In this document: positions 39,008-49,892 of the stretch, one piece after another
Layout: the number at the start of each line of letters is the position of its first letter
Numbering within the stretch: the stretch's first letter is position 1
Notes under the pieces: generated by a model
Seen by the model: only the letters and a program-made list of their open reading frames with translations
The model's database searches: none
Told to the model about the DNA's origin: nothing
Made by a program: the position numbers and the translations under genes
DNA from: Amphiscolops sp. MND2022
Lineage: Eukaryota
Direction of reading: 5' to 3'
DNA: 64,000 nucleotides
NCBI GenBank assembly: GCA_964187785.1
Contig: OZ076409.1
Span: 46,316,001 to 46,380,000, forward strand

Positions 39008-39750
39008 CTGAAACAAACGTTCTATTAATAAAATAGATTCAACAAAATTAGCGAGCAGTTATTCGATAGGAAATTGACTGAAACCGGACGCGGGGACAGG
39101 AAATGCATAAAAGACCGGATGCTGCTGAGAAGTTGGAAACGGAAACGTTTCAAACATTTTGAAACTGGTCTGAAAATATGAATCCCTTTTTCGTTCACAA
39201 GCCTGGCCAGCTTGGAATAAAACTCAAAAGTTTACTATCAAAACAAATCAAATCAAATTCAAAATTAAATGAAATTCAAAACAAAATTCAACAAATGAGA
39301 CGGTTAATGGAATTTGATAGACAGTAACCTTTCAGAAGAAGTCTAATTCAAAAGGGAAACAAAGGAACTGAAACTGGAAGTGAAATTAACAGAAGATAGA
39401 CTGGGAGATTGTTTCGTAGCTACAAATACTAAACTAATAGACTGACTTAACAATGATATAAGTTATTCAAAACGAAAGTGAAGATTTTAATCTAGACTGA
39501 TCTTGTGGCAACAGAAATGATTTTGTCTGATAAAACGATGTAAAGGCGTGGCGTTAATATAGCATGAGAAGGCAAAAGAGCAAACGAAAATGATTGAGCG
39601 CAAATATGTGTGGGGAATACTGCAATATGATTGGCTGTTTAAATGTCAATCGCGTCTGCCAGCGTGATTGATTGACTCATTATGACTTCTGCAAACAATG
39701 CTGATATATATGAATTGTTTTTATGCTGATTGGAATGATTTAGTAAGCGA

Positions 39751-39900
39751 GAGTATGCGGCAGTATGCGGATCTACCAATGACAAGTATGCGCCAGTATG
39801 CAGTTTATTAATTTGGATTATGCGGCAGTAAGCGGATCTACTAATGATGTGTACGGCAGTATGCGGATTACCATTTTGGACTATGCGGTAGTATGCGGAT
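39751..39900. repeat. Five-unit array with a ~32-bp period of a related TATGCGGCAGTATGCGG core
   Basis: Units at ~39751, 39784, 39816, 39847 and 39879. Confidence 0.8.
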
Positions 39901-40790
39901 TGAGCAGTGACGCATACTCGTCAACCTGCGGTTTTCGCTATGTGCTTGCCAAGTTACGGATTACACCACCAATGTGTGGAGATGAATGAATGAAGCATTA
40001 TTACGTAATACGAGTGTTGAAATCACATATTTATTTTCACTAACAATAAATAGCCATGTTGATGTATTATATATATGCATGCAACCTCCACTTTTCAATA
40101 ATATTTCATTCAATCTACAATCTGTCGATTTGACATATTGATTTGAAAAATTGGATAGAGAGTAATACCAGTTAAACGAAGTAATCCCATTTCCTTGAAG
40201 ATACAACTATGGTATACTTGTTGATTGATGAAGCCTAACGCACTTTTCAAGTGCGGGACAAAACAGGACAAATTTTTATGAATAGAACTAGTTTGAAACT
40301 GATGAAATTGGTGCAAAACCCTAAGGTGATCCAAGCTTTTACCCCCTTCCCAGTCATGTAAACTCAAATGAATATCGTTTAGATTTTGTTTTATGATAAA
40401 ATGTTATATCATTTTTATTCCAATTTTGCTTTGAAGCTAGATCAAAATTTGTTTACGTATCATTTAAATACTGACGAAACGCGGTGAAGACCACTGATGA
40501 GTGGAAGTCAGGTGGTGATGGAATCTGGATTACCTAAAAAGGAATTTGTTTATGAGACATCATCAGTGAGACTTATGAGCAGAAGCCTAAAAGAAACCCT
40601 TATAAGAAGAGTTGGGAGATCAGACCATGACAAGCAACTTTTTTTGCGGGTTTTCCTCCCTTGAGAGAAATTAAGTGAGATAATCAATACCATATGGTCT
40701 TTGCAAACTCACAAACTACTCGCATGAAACACGAAAGTTTCAAACTTGTAAAATAATATTTCAAACTGAAGTTTCTTAAAAACTTACAAA

Positions 40791-41849
40791 ATGAATAACT
40801 TACAATTCGCAATTGAAGAAGACACCCTGTACTCGCCTCTGTCACCTGACGTTATCGAAATTTCAAGTATTTCCGATAATGAATTCTTGGTAGAACCGGG
40901 AAACGTACCTCAACTGCTAGACAGGTTCAGAGCTAATACGGTAGATAGGAATCCTATGACCGCATTTGTGGGATCTGCTGCAGCATTATTGTTCCCCTCT
41001 GGAGGAAATGGAGTACCCCCTCAAGATACAATAGACGTCCGAGGAACGAGAATTGAAAGGGAATTAATGGACCTAATTGAAGGGGATCTGCCATCCACTG
41101 CGTCTTTTTTGCCTTCATTTATTGACAGCGAATTGGAGCCGGAAAACGAATCCTCGAATGACCTGAACCCTGATACTGATACCAGGCTAAATAACTACGG
41201 TTGTCCGACTGCGGCGATCCTTCCTTCCCCAAGGAACGCTGAACACCAATCTGATACCGCGAGTCAGCCAGTCCTAACTTACCCACCGAACTATCATCCA
41301 AACTCTTCAGATTTCTACCCTTGGGATGGAAATACAAACAACGAACGAAACCTCACACCAAATGCGAGTCAAGATGAAGGGCAAGCAAGTGTGTTAATTT
41401 TACCCAACTACAACGAAACCCAGAATGCCCCAATGTCTAACGCAACCCCCTTAGTGGTCCAATTGCCTCCACGAGGAGCTCCGAATATTCCGCCTAGAGG
41501 GTCAATTCCAATACACCCAATGGTGCAAGTTGGATTTACGTTTTTTGTGGCACTCAGTAGAAACATATTATTTATGCCGATCAACGAGAGAGACAACTGT
41601 AGGCTATTCCCAACAGTTATGCCCAACGTGGCTGGCATCTGTGAATACTGCAGCAAAACCTATGAACAGATCGCTTTGGAAACCCTTGGGGACTACCTTG
41701 CAGTTACAGCCTACGACGACGAGACTGTCAGGGACCGCGGGGTCCGCTCCAGAGCTTTTATAGATGGATTTGAAGCTGCCCTCTTCATCTTTAAAAGAGC
41801 GGGACTGTTCCAGCCATACAGCTGTCCTGGACCCGTAATGCAACAGTGA
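40791..41849 (+). CDS. Intact 352-aa orphan ORF in the env position of the Gypsy element
   Basis: ATG in aaaATG context; uninterrupted frame; Pro/Ser/Asn-rich middle; C-terminal CEYC motif; stop lies inside the 3' LTR. Confidence 0.65.
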   Translation: MNNLQFAIEEDTLYSPLSPDVIEISSISDNEFLVEPGNVPQLLDRFRANTVDRNPMTAFVGSAAALLFPSGGNGVPPQDTIDVRGTRIERELMDLIEGDLPSTASFLPSFIDSELEPENESSNDLNPDTDTRLNNYGCPTAAILPSPRNAEHQSDTASQPVLTYPPNYHPNSSDFYPWDGNTNNERNLTPNASQDEGQASVLILPNYNETQNAPMSNATPLVVQLPPRGAPNIPPRGSIPIHPMVQVGFTFFVALSRNILFMPINERDNCRLFPTVMPNVAGICEYCSKTYEQIALETLGDYLAVTAYDDETVRDRGVRSRAFIDGFEAALFIFKRAGLFQPYSCPGPVMQQ

Positions 41850-43301
41850 AAGATGAACGTAGGCAGCGCCAGACTCAACATCTAGAAGTCGCAGCAACTA
41901 GACAAAGAGCGTCTAGCTAGCTATTGAAAACTTGTGCAAACATTTTTCAAAACTTTATTTGTTAAACTACTGCAGTCATGTAAATGTTTTTAATGATGCT
42001 TTTGTGAATGAAGTTGTTTGTGAACGATAGGAAAGTCAAACTAAACCAAAACTTGGATATTCGTGCCTAAAAATCCTATTGAATGACTAATTGGTTTCTA
42101 TGTAATATCACTTTTGAGATATGACTTCATCAATCAGTCACATGTGCTGATGACTATGCGTCATTATGCGGTTCGAGATATGTTGAGTACTCACAAGTAT
42201 ACGTTTTTCATAATTGAATTATGCGGCATCCTACGGATTGAACCATAATGAATACTCGTCATCAGACACTTTTCACTACGCGGCACTGTGCGGTTTGATA
42301 AGTGACACATACTCGACACTATACAGTTTTCGCTTTGGTTAATCGTTCACTGTATCCTTCTCATGTATTGATAAGTCCAACCACTAATACAACTTCATAC
42401 ATCACTTTGTGTTGTTTCCAGATCCTCTAGGGTCCTGTTTATTCTTTTGAACGTCATGTAGCTAAGATATAAATAACGTGATGTCATAATGATGAACTTC
42501 TATTTTTATGTTTTCTGATGATGATTGTGATAAAAAGGGATGTCGTGTTTTTTTTTAGTTTTCTTGAGATTCTGGTGCTGGAATTCATTCATTCCTTGAC
42601 TTCACTTTGTGTAAAACAGTTGCTCTAAACCCTTCGCTCATCCTTTGTAAAGCAATTCTTTCACTTGCATTGATTTCTCTTTGGATTTGAAATACCAGGA
42701 GACAATTAAAATTCTTCCCCAGCAACTAAAAATACATTTTCACTTGAGCAGAATGGAAAATAAGAGAAACAGAAGGTCCAGAAGACTAGAAACTCCTTCC
42801 CACAGTAAAGAAGAGAATGTAGAAACTCCAAACTCAGGTAATATAACTTTAACTAATTCTAATTTAGTTGATCAAGTAAATTTAGGTCCTAACATTTTGG
42901 AGAATCAACTGACTGAACCCAGTCTAATCAACAATAAAATCCAAGTTTGGACACGAGAAATGGAGAAAAGAAACAATGAGAGGATAGGAAAAACGAGAGA
43001 AGAAATTGATGGTAAATTTGAAGCAATGCTAAGAGAGATCAAAACTAGCAAAAATGCATCTACAATCACAAACCCAAGAACAGAATCAAATGGAAGACAA
43101 AACACTCAACTGTCGGGGTCCAGAAGTAGGTCTATAGGAGTTCACGCATCAGAAAATGATAACTCAGACTCTTAAAACGAAGATAGTCATCCTATCAGAG
43201 CATCGAATATGCACGAACTAAGAAACCCGGCAAAACCATTTTGTCAAAATAGATTCGGATTAGATGAAACAATAGTTTCAAATGAAGACTCTGAGGAGGA
43301 G
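41806..43301 (+). repeat. 3' LTR (runs into the gap)
   Basis: Copy of the 5' repeat; purine-rich aaaagagcggga (41793-41804, candidate polypurine tract) precedes TGT at 41806. Confidence 0.75.
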
Positions 43302-43501
43302 NNNNNNNNNNNNNNNNNNNNNNNNNNNNNNNNNNNNNNNNNNNNNNNNNNNNNNNNNNNNNNNNNNNNNNNNNNNNNNNNNNNNNNNNNNNNNNNNNNN
43401 NNNNNNNNNNNNNNNNNNNNNNNNNNNNNNNNNNNNNNNNNNNNNNNNNNNNNNNNNNNNNNNNNNNNNNNNNNNNNNNNNNNNNNNNNNNNNNNNNNNN
43501 N
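43302..43501. other. Assembly gap (200 N)
   Basis: Run of N. Confidence 1.
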
Positions 43502-44722
43502 CAATGTTAAAATTTGAGCAACCAGGATTATCACACATCTGAGTGGCTAGATTTATAGAGATTGACTCACGATAATGAAGCTCTCATTTCTGGAATACAG
43601 ACCCTGACGTACCATATATATTCAGATTTTCAGATCATTATAATTCAGATTTTTTCTGATTGAAGATGTTTTTGTTCCAACACAGAGTAGTCAAGTAAAT
43701 ACCTCAACTTTTATGGCCGTTAAACCATTCCGGTGGCGGATAAAATTTTCCGCAGGCGGATGAAATATTTCAGGGCGGGTAAAACTCTTCGGAGCGGCTG
43801 GCACCCAAAATAAATTAATTTTGCCCCCAATCTCTCAGTGCTGAAAATGTCGCACCGTGCTGAGAAAGTGCAAAAAAAGTTAATGACTATCTTAAAACAT
43901 TGCTGCAGCTATTCTTTATTCTTGATGAAACTAAAAACATCTTTATAAATTAGCAAACACTCGGCTGCATACCTTTTTGCATTGAGACGGGTGGTCAGCC
44001 AATCATATTCGAGCACGGAACAACCCGTGACGAGGCAGAATCGAGCACGAGACGTACCCAAGTGTGTTGTGGGCTGCAAGACCCTTCTTGCATCTCTGCT
44101 CGAGTCGACTCTTAAAGTATGAGGGTTTTCCACCCATGTCTGTGCGTATAAGTGTTTTTGTTCAATGAATTCATTGCAGAACCAAAAGGAAAGAACTCCG
44201 ACTCAAGCGGCACTATTGATGTAACGTTTGATTTTTTACTGAGATGCTGAAACCGGAGACTTTTCCGGTTCGTTTTTATTGTAACTGAAACCTCAGAGTT
44301 AGCATCATACTTGAGTTTCATTCCGTAACCTCGTTCCAGCTTGTCACCTATGTAAAAATGTTGAGAAACTACATACAGCGTCTGCTGTAGTTTCCACCAG
44401 CCTATTTTTAAAAATTGTTACATGATAACGAGTAGGTAGAACGGATGCCACCAGTCTATAGCTTGTCTACGAGTCTATCATGTCATACACTGTCAAATGC
44501 TTTTATGAGGTCTAGATTGATCAGATAAGCAGTTTTCTGTCTTTTCAGGCTTCCATTTCACTTTTTTCTGAAGAGTAACTTTGTGGAGCATCTAATTGCG
44601 ACTAAGTTGTTCTGTTCTGCGTCAATCGACCCTTTTTCAACGAGTAACCGGTAAGTTGTTCAGGGTCCGCTCGACAACTTTACAGTGTGACGTGTATTCG
44701 ACAGAGGTCTAAACGCTGATGT

Positions 44723-45544
44723 CCCAGGTTTTCGATCTTTGCGAATCTGTGCAGATCTGCAGCATTTTATCTGCAGGGTTCTGCAAAGATTGTTCCACTG
44801 AATCTTGAAGATCCATACAGATCTGCAAAATCTTTACAGAAGTGTGCAGATTTTCTTTGAAGATTTTTGCGGAAATATATTTTTCTGCGGCTTCTAAGGA
44901 ACCAATATACTGCATTTTTAGACTTCCTTAACTACTTTATTGAGTATTTTAGCTGACCTAGGGTCAGTCAATTGAAACTCTCAATCACTCAAAACTCTGT
45001 AGAATGAAAATTTGTCCCCATCACGGTATTTTTGGTGACTGGAGAAAGTGCGGTATTGGTTATACACCGTAATTTATCCATTTCACTTGAACGTTACAGA
45101 AGTGGTTGTTGAACTGTGAGATGCTCGTTTGCCATTTTGACTCCGTTTTGGTAGATAAAATTTGACATGTGGCAACCTTCTGGGTTGGTCGATGTGTTTA
45201 TAAAGTGTTGTTGTTATAATATATCCGCAACGTAGTGTGTTGGGAAATTTTCAGTAATTGCTGTTAACTTGGAATACGTTATAGTAATTTATTGGTCATT
45301 GTTTGGCTCTGTAAAGATCTGCAAAGATCTGTAATCTCTACAGATCTGTACAGATTGCTACAGAAAAATGTTTCATCATTTTGACATAAATGAGATTTCT
45401 CTCATTTTAAACATTTTTACTATTCATTTGACATCGCTGTGGGGTTTTTATTGTGTTTATGAGTATGTCAGTTTTGTTGGAATCTGCACATATCTGCAAA
45501 GATCCTGCAGATCTGCACAGATTTGCAAAGATCGAAAACCTGGG
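44723..45544. mobile_element. MITE with ~40-bp TIRs and AGATCTG subterminal repeats
   Basis: cccaggttttcgatctttgcgaatctgtgcagatctgcag / ctgcagatctgcacagatttgcaaagatcgaaaacctggg; no clear TSD. Confidence 0.75.
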
Positions 45545-45849
45545 GTAACCGCGTACTCTGGATTCGAGCGTTTTTTGATGAAGAGAGCACGCACGGGTTT
45601 CACGCCGAGGCCGTTTCAACGTCACAAGGCATCAGTTGAACAACTTGACAAGTTTGTTGGCTGTATCAGTATAGTTTTAGGGGCACGGAAAGTCGGTTCA
45701 AAGGAAATACCCTTCAGTGCAAGATCTTTGGTGAATAAAATAAATTGAAAAACCTTCCAAAACGAAAAAAAAACATAAATTTTCACGTGTTTTTGTGGTA
45801 AACGGAGGCAGTTTCACTGGATTTTGTAAGGCAGAGATTTTACACCGTC

Positions 45850-46170
45850 AATCAGCGATTTAGCGAATTAGCGGCCGCGCAGAAGTTTTTCAGCGATTTT
45901 ATTAGCGATTCAAATTAGCGGCAGCTAATAGGTCGTCCAAATTTACAATTTCCTCGGAAAATACACGGAGTCTCCAGATGGAATTTCGAAAAACTCCAAA
46001 TCTTACACTTGTAAAACTCACTCAGTATGAAAAATTGAACGAAGTTATCGTTTATATTTGAAACAATCCTGAATTCAAATATTTAATAGTCTGAAGTGAA
46101 AGTTTTCCAGCAAAATAGCGATTTTGAAAGTAGCGGTTTAGCGATTAGCGAGAAAAATTACCGATGTCAA
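45850..46170. repeat. TAGCG-rich MITE remnant
   Basis: Clusters of tagcga/tagcgg like those of the element at 58802-59258, on the opposite strand. Confidence 0.45.
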
Positions 46171-46332
46171 AAGTCTGTTGTAGGGTCATGAAAAAATTTT
46201 AGATTTTGAGATGTACATACATCGTTTTTCGCGGCACAGTTGCTGCTTTCTACGGAAAAATCATCCAGCATGGCATGAAACTTTTCAGAAGCAAACCTTA
46301 AACAGAAACTAATAGAAACATAAGAATTAAGG

Positions 46333-48055
46333 AACAAGACGGGAACGTCTAAAGTCGGCGCTAAATCTAAGGCTCAAAAAGCGCAAAACCTTTTTTTGGA
46401 AAAAAAACTTGAAATTTTCGAAAAAAACTTTCTTCCAGAAAATGTCACACAGTGCCGAAAAATGTAAAAGAGGGGACCATTTTTAATTTCCAAACATGCA
46501 TTCTGTTGCAAAATAACAAAAAACTCTAAGGGGGGACCTTTTGGGGACATCAAAAAATTTTCGAAAAAAAAGTCGCACAGTGCCGAAAAAAAATCAAAAG
46601 TGGGGACCCTTTAGCCTCGGCCGGTTTTTTAGGTTACCTTAAAAATGGAAGGAAAAAATGAAAGGGGGGACCCTTTGGAGACAAAAAAATTTTCGACAAA
46701 AAGTCGCACAGTGCCGAACAAAATTCGAAAGGGGGGACTCTTTAGTCCCGTCCGGTTTTGTAGATTACCTTGAAAAAGTAAAAAATGAAAGGGGGGACCC
46801 TTTGCACTAAGTTTGCGTTGGCCCCTTTGCCGGACTCGGCGCCTTAGGTGGTTTCAGGATTGTTTCTAAAAAGTGGACCGATCAGTGTGAGGATTGTAGT
46901 CTGAAGAAAAAACAAGCCGGGAACAGCCCAAGTCGGCGCCATATCTAAGGCTCAAAAACAGCAAAAGGACTTCAAAGTGTCAAAGTATTCTCTTCTACGG
47001 TACCGGAAAAACCCAAAAGTTGAACCGAATTGGCGCACCAGAGGGGACACTTTGAGATTTTTCATCCATTCTGTGGCAAATCATCAAAAAAAATTGAAGA
47101 AGGGGCACTTTTGGTGAAAAAATTTTTTTTGAAAGAAAGTCTCACAATGCCAAAAAAACTGAAAGGGGGGACCTTTTGGGATTTTTCAATACCGTTCTGT
47201 CGGAAAACTCCAAAAAAAATTGAAGGGGGGACCCTTTGTGGAAAATTTTTCTCGAAAAAAAGTCTCACAGAGCCGAAAATACTCTAAGGGAGTACCCTTT
47301 GGCCCCTTTGAGTTCCTTAGATGATGTAAAAATACTGCTTCGCAAGCTTTTGCGCCAGTATTTTAAATTTGCTGAGTAAGAATTGTAAGATTTTAAGATT
47401 GTAAGAATTGTAAGAAAAGTGGACCGATCAGTGTGAGGATTGTAGTCTGAAGAAAAAACAAGCCGAGAACGGCCAAAGTCGGCGCCATATCTAAGGCTCA
47501 AAATTTAAAAGGGGGACCTTTCGGGCTTTGTGAAACTCCAGCTGGTTGCAAAAAATTTTAAAAAATTGAAGGGGGGACCCTTTGGAGACATGAAAAAATT
47601 TCCCAAAAAAAATTTTAATGAGATTTTTGAACAGTGTCACAGTGCCGAAAAATGTAAAAGGGGGGACCCTTTGCGATTTTTTGACATCCATTGTGTTGCA
47701 AAACATCAAAAAAAATTTGAAGGGGGGACCCTTTGGGGAAAAAATTTCAATCCAAAAAGTTTCAAAAAGTCGCATAGTTCCGAAAAAAAGTGGGGATTCT
47801 TAGTGTGATTTCGAGGTTGTGGACGTCTGTTTTGTTTTTTCTTTTCGTTTTGGACGCCCTTCTGAGGTTGGAGTTGTTGAGGTTTGAAGTTGTGGAGGTT
47901 GTTGAACAAATGAACAAAAAGTGGACCTTTCGTGTCTAAAAAAAAACTACCCACTGTAATAGTCGGGCACATTTTCTACTAAAATGCGCCGACTAAAAAC
48001 AGTCACTGCTATAGTCGGGCATTTTTCCCTAAATGGAAAAGCGCCGACTAAAAAC
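46333..48055 (+). mobile_element. Nested or tandem copies of a high-copy non-autonomous repeat (Helentron/DINE-1-like)
   Basis: AACAAG...AAGTCGGCGC heads at 46333, ~46911 and ~47457; internal GGGGGACCC units; atagtcggg...gcgccgact hairpin-like ends. Confidence 0.55.
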
Positions 48056-48286
48056 ACGCTGTATCCATATTGTTGACGTTTTTTATACTTAACTAAGCCC
48101 TGGCCAGTAGGGTGTTTGAAGGCAATTCTGATGGCAATTTCCACTTTGTAAGGACCACTCTTTGTTATCTTTTAGCATCCGATTAGGAAATATGGATGAA
48201 TAATCAAAAGGTCTGTTTTTCAAATTTTACAAAAGATCTCTCCTTTGTTTTTTGTCAGATTTTTTTCGAATATTTTCTATATCTCC

Positions 48287-49877
48287 TGTCGCGATTTTGT
48301 TCGCTACTATAAGAGTCTACTGAAATCTCTCTAGACCTCTGTCTACTATTTTCCTGCGTAAAACACGTTTTGGGACAATTTTCCCACATTTTCTGGGAAT
48401 TTTCTGCTTCGGGGTTCAGTTGTAGCCCACTGGAAGTTTGGTCCTCCATGGCGAAATTAGCCGCCCTTGGGCCAGGATGTGGCCCGGCAGACCCCCGGTC
48501 CACCATGGTGAAATTAGCTCTCCCATGCATTTCCAACGTATTTTGAATAGAAAAAAGTATTTTTCCAGTGATCGCATTGCTAATTGCGTCTCGTATTTGA
48601 AAATTCAAAATAGTTTTGATCTATTTCAGTTTTCTTGACATTTGTTTGGAAATTTCTTCGCTAATTAACTTTGTAGTCCCGATAGTAATTTCACTATTTT
48701 CTCTACTGTTAGTATTGAGTAATGATCCGAAGTCTTCTCCTATTACATTTGAATTTTGTTGTGGTCGACTAGACCCTGAGTCTAAATTCATTTCATTTTC
48801 GCTACCACTATTTTTGTCATCGTCTCTATAGTAACTTCCTAACATAATATCTTCATTCTCCACATCGGACATCAAGTCCATTTGTCTAGATCGGCATTCC
48901 TTGGCCTATTGTTTTCTAGTAGAAGGCATTGAAGAAAGACTCAACGTAGCAACAATGAATTAAATAATTTTCTTGAATATTTGCTTCAGCGCTAAGTAAA
49001 CAGGTACAACAGGTACGCAAAACAAATTCAGTGACAGATCAAATAATTAGCAGTTCGTTCGTATGCATTACGACTGAGTTCGCACAAGATTGAATTGTGG
49101 CCCAAAGGTCACTCCTATATATAGTATTCCCAGCATGACAAGCAAAACTATGCTTGTCATGATACTAAAAATAGCATCCCGTAAGGTTCATCACCCTGAC
49201 GTCATCACATCAAAGAAGGTGGACTTGACGGTTAAGCCGACAAGGTAGGAAAAGTGTTACAACATTTTATATGTATATCCAACGCTAAACTACAAAATTA
49301 CATGTCACTAAATATGCAAATTCATGTGAGCGCTGTATTTCAAGCGTAGTGGACCTCAGGTCCACGCGGCTTCAAGAATCTACTTAAGTACAGCACTGGT
49401 GGAAGTCAAGTACTATTTACACCACCAGTCCGCACAGCTACAGTAAAATAAGTACTGCATTCTTTTTGGTTGAAGGTTTCAGTACAGCGAGTACGTTGAG
49501 CTAGATGTATAATTCATTTAAACAAGTTTTCTTACTGACTTCTAATTGCGCTCTAATTGTTTACGCTACGTATGAGGTTTACAAGCAGCTAATCTATCAT
49601 ATAACAAATCCACAGTAACTTTCTGGTTTTACAGGCACAGAATTACATATTATAATCTTTCATTTCATGTAGATTAGGTAAAAGTTTTGTTGTAGTCACG
49701 TGGACTGAGTGTCCACGTGGTTCAAATAAGGTAGACTTGCTCCGGGTAATCAATTGTGACGTAGCCGGTCGGACTTATGGTCTCCTTTGTTCATATTGGC
49801 AAACAGTATATTGCTGTAGTCCGGTAGACCCAAGGTCCAATAAGAAAGATAAATATCGCAGGAGGCAGCATGCGACA
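48287..49877 (-). mobile_element. Solo LTR (1591 bp) of a second LTR family, containing a gag-like 5' ORF
   Basis: Ends TGTCGC...GCGACA; flanks TCTCC/TCCCC (5-bp TSD, one mismatch); minus frame from ATG 48929 (MPSTRKQ...) runs with stops to the LTR end. Confidence 0.75.
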
Positions 49878-49892
49878 TCCCCGTTTGTTTGT

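Larger units (their letters stand above)
28066..43301 (+). mobile_element. Large (~15 kb) Ty3/Gypsy LTR retrotransposon with extra internal genes
   Basis: Direct repeats 28066-29417 and 41823-43177 flank gag and PR-RT-RH-IN in Gypsy order, plus ~7 kb of extra sequence; the right end lies in the N gap. Confidence 0.85.

Noticed and set aside
40791..41849. env gene
   Set aside because: No signal peptide, furin/fusion motif or C-terminal transmembrane anchor was visible.
43209..43542. ORFs spanning X runs
   Set aside because: Artefacts of the N gap.
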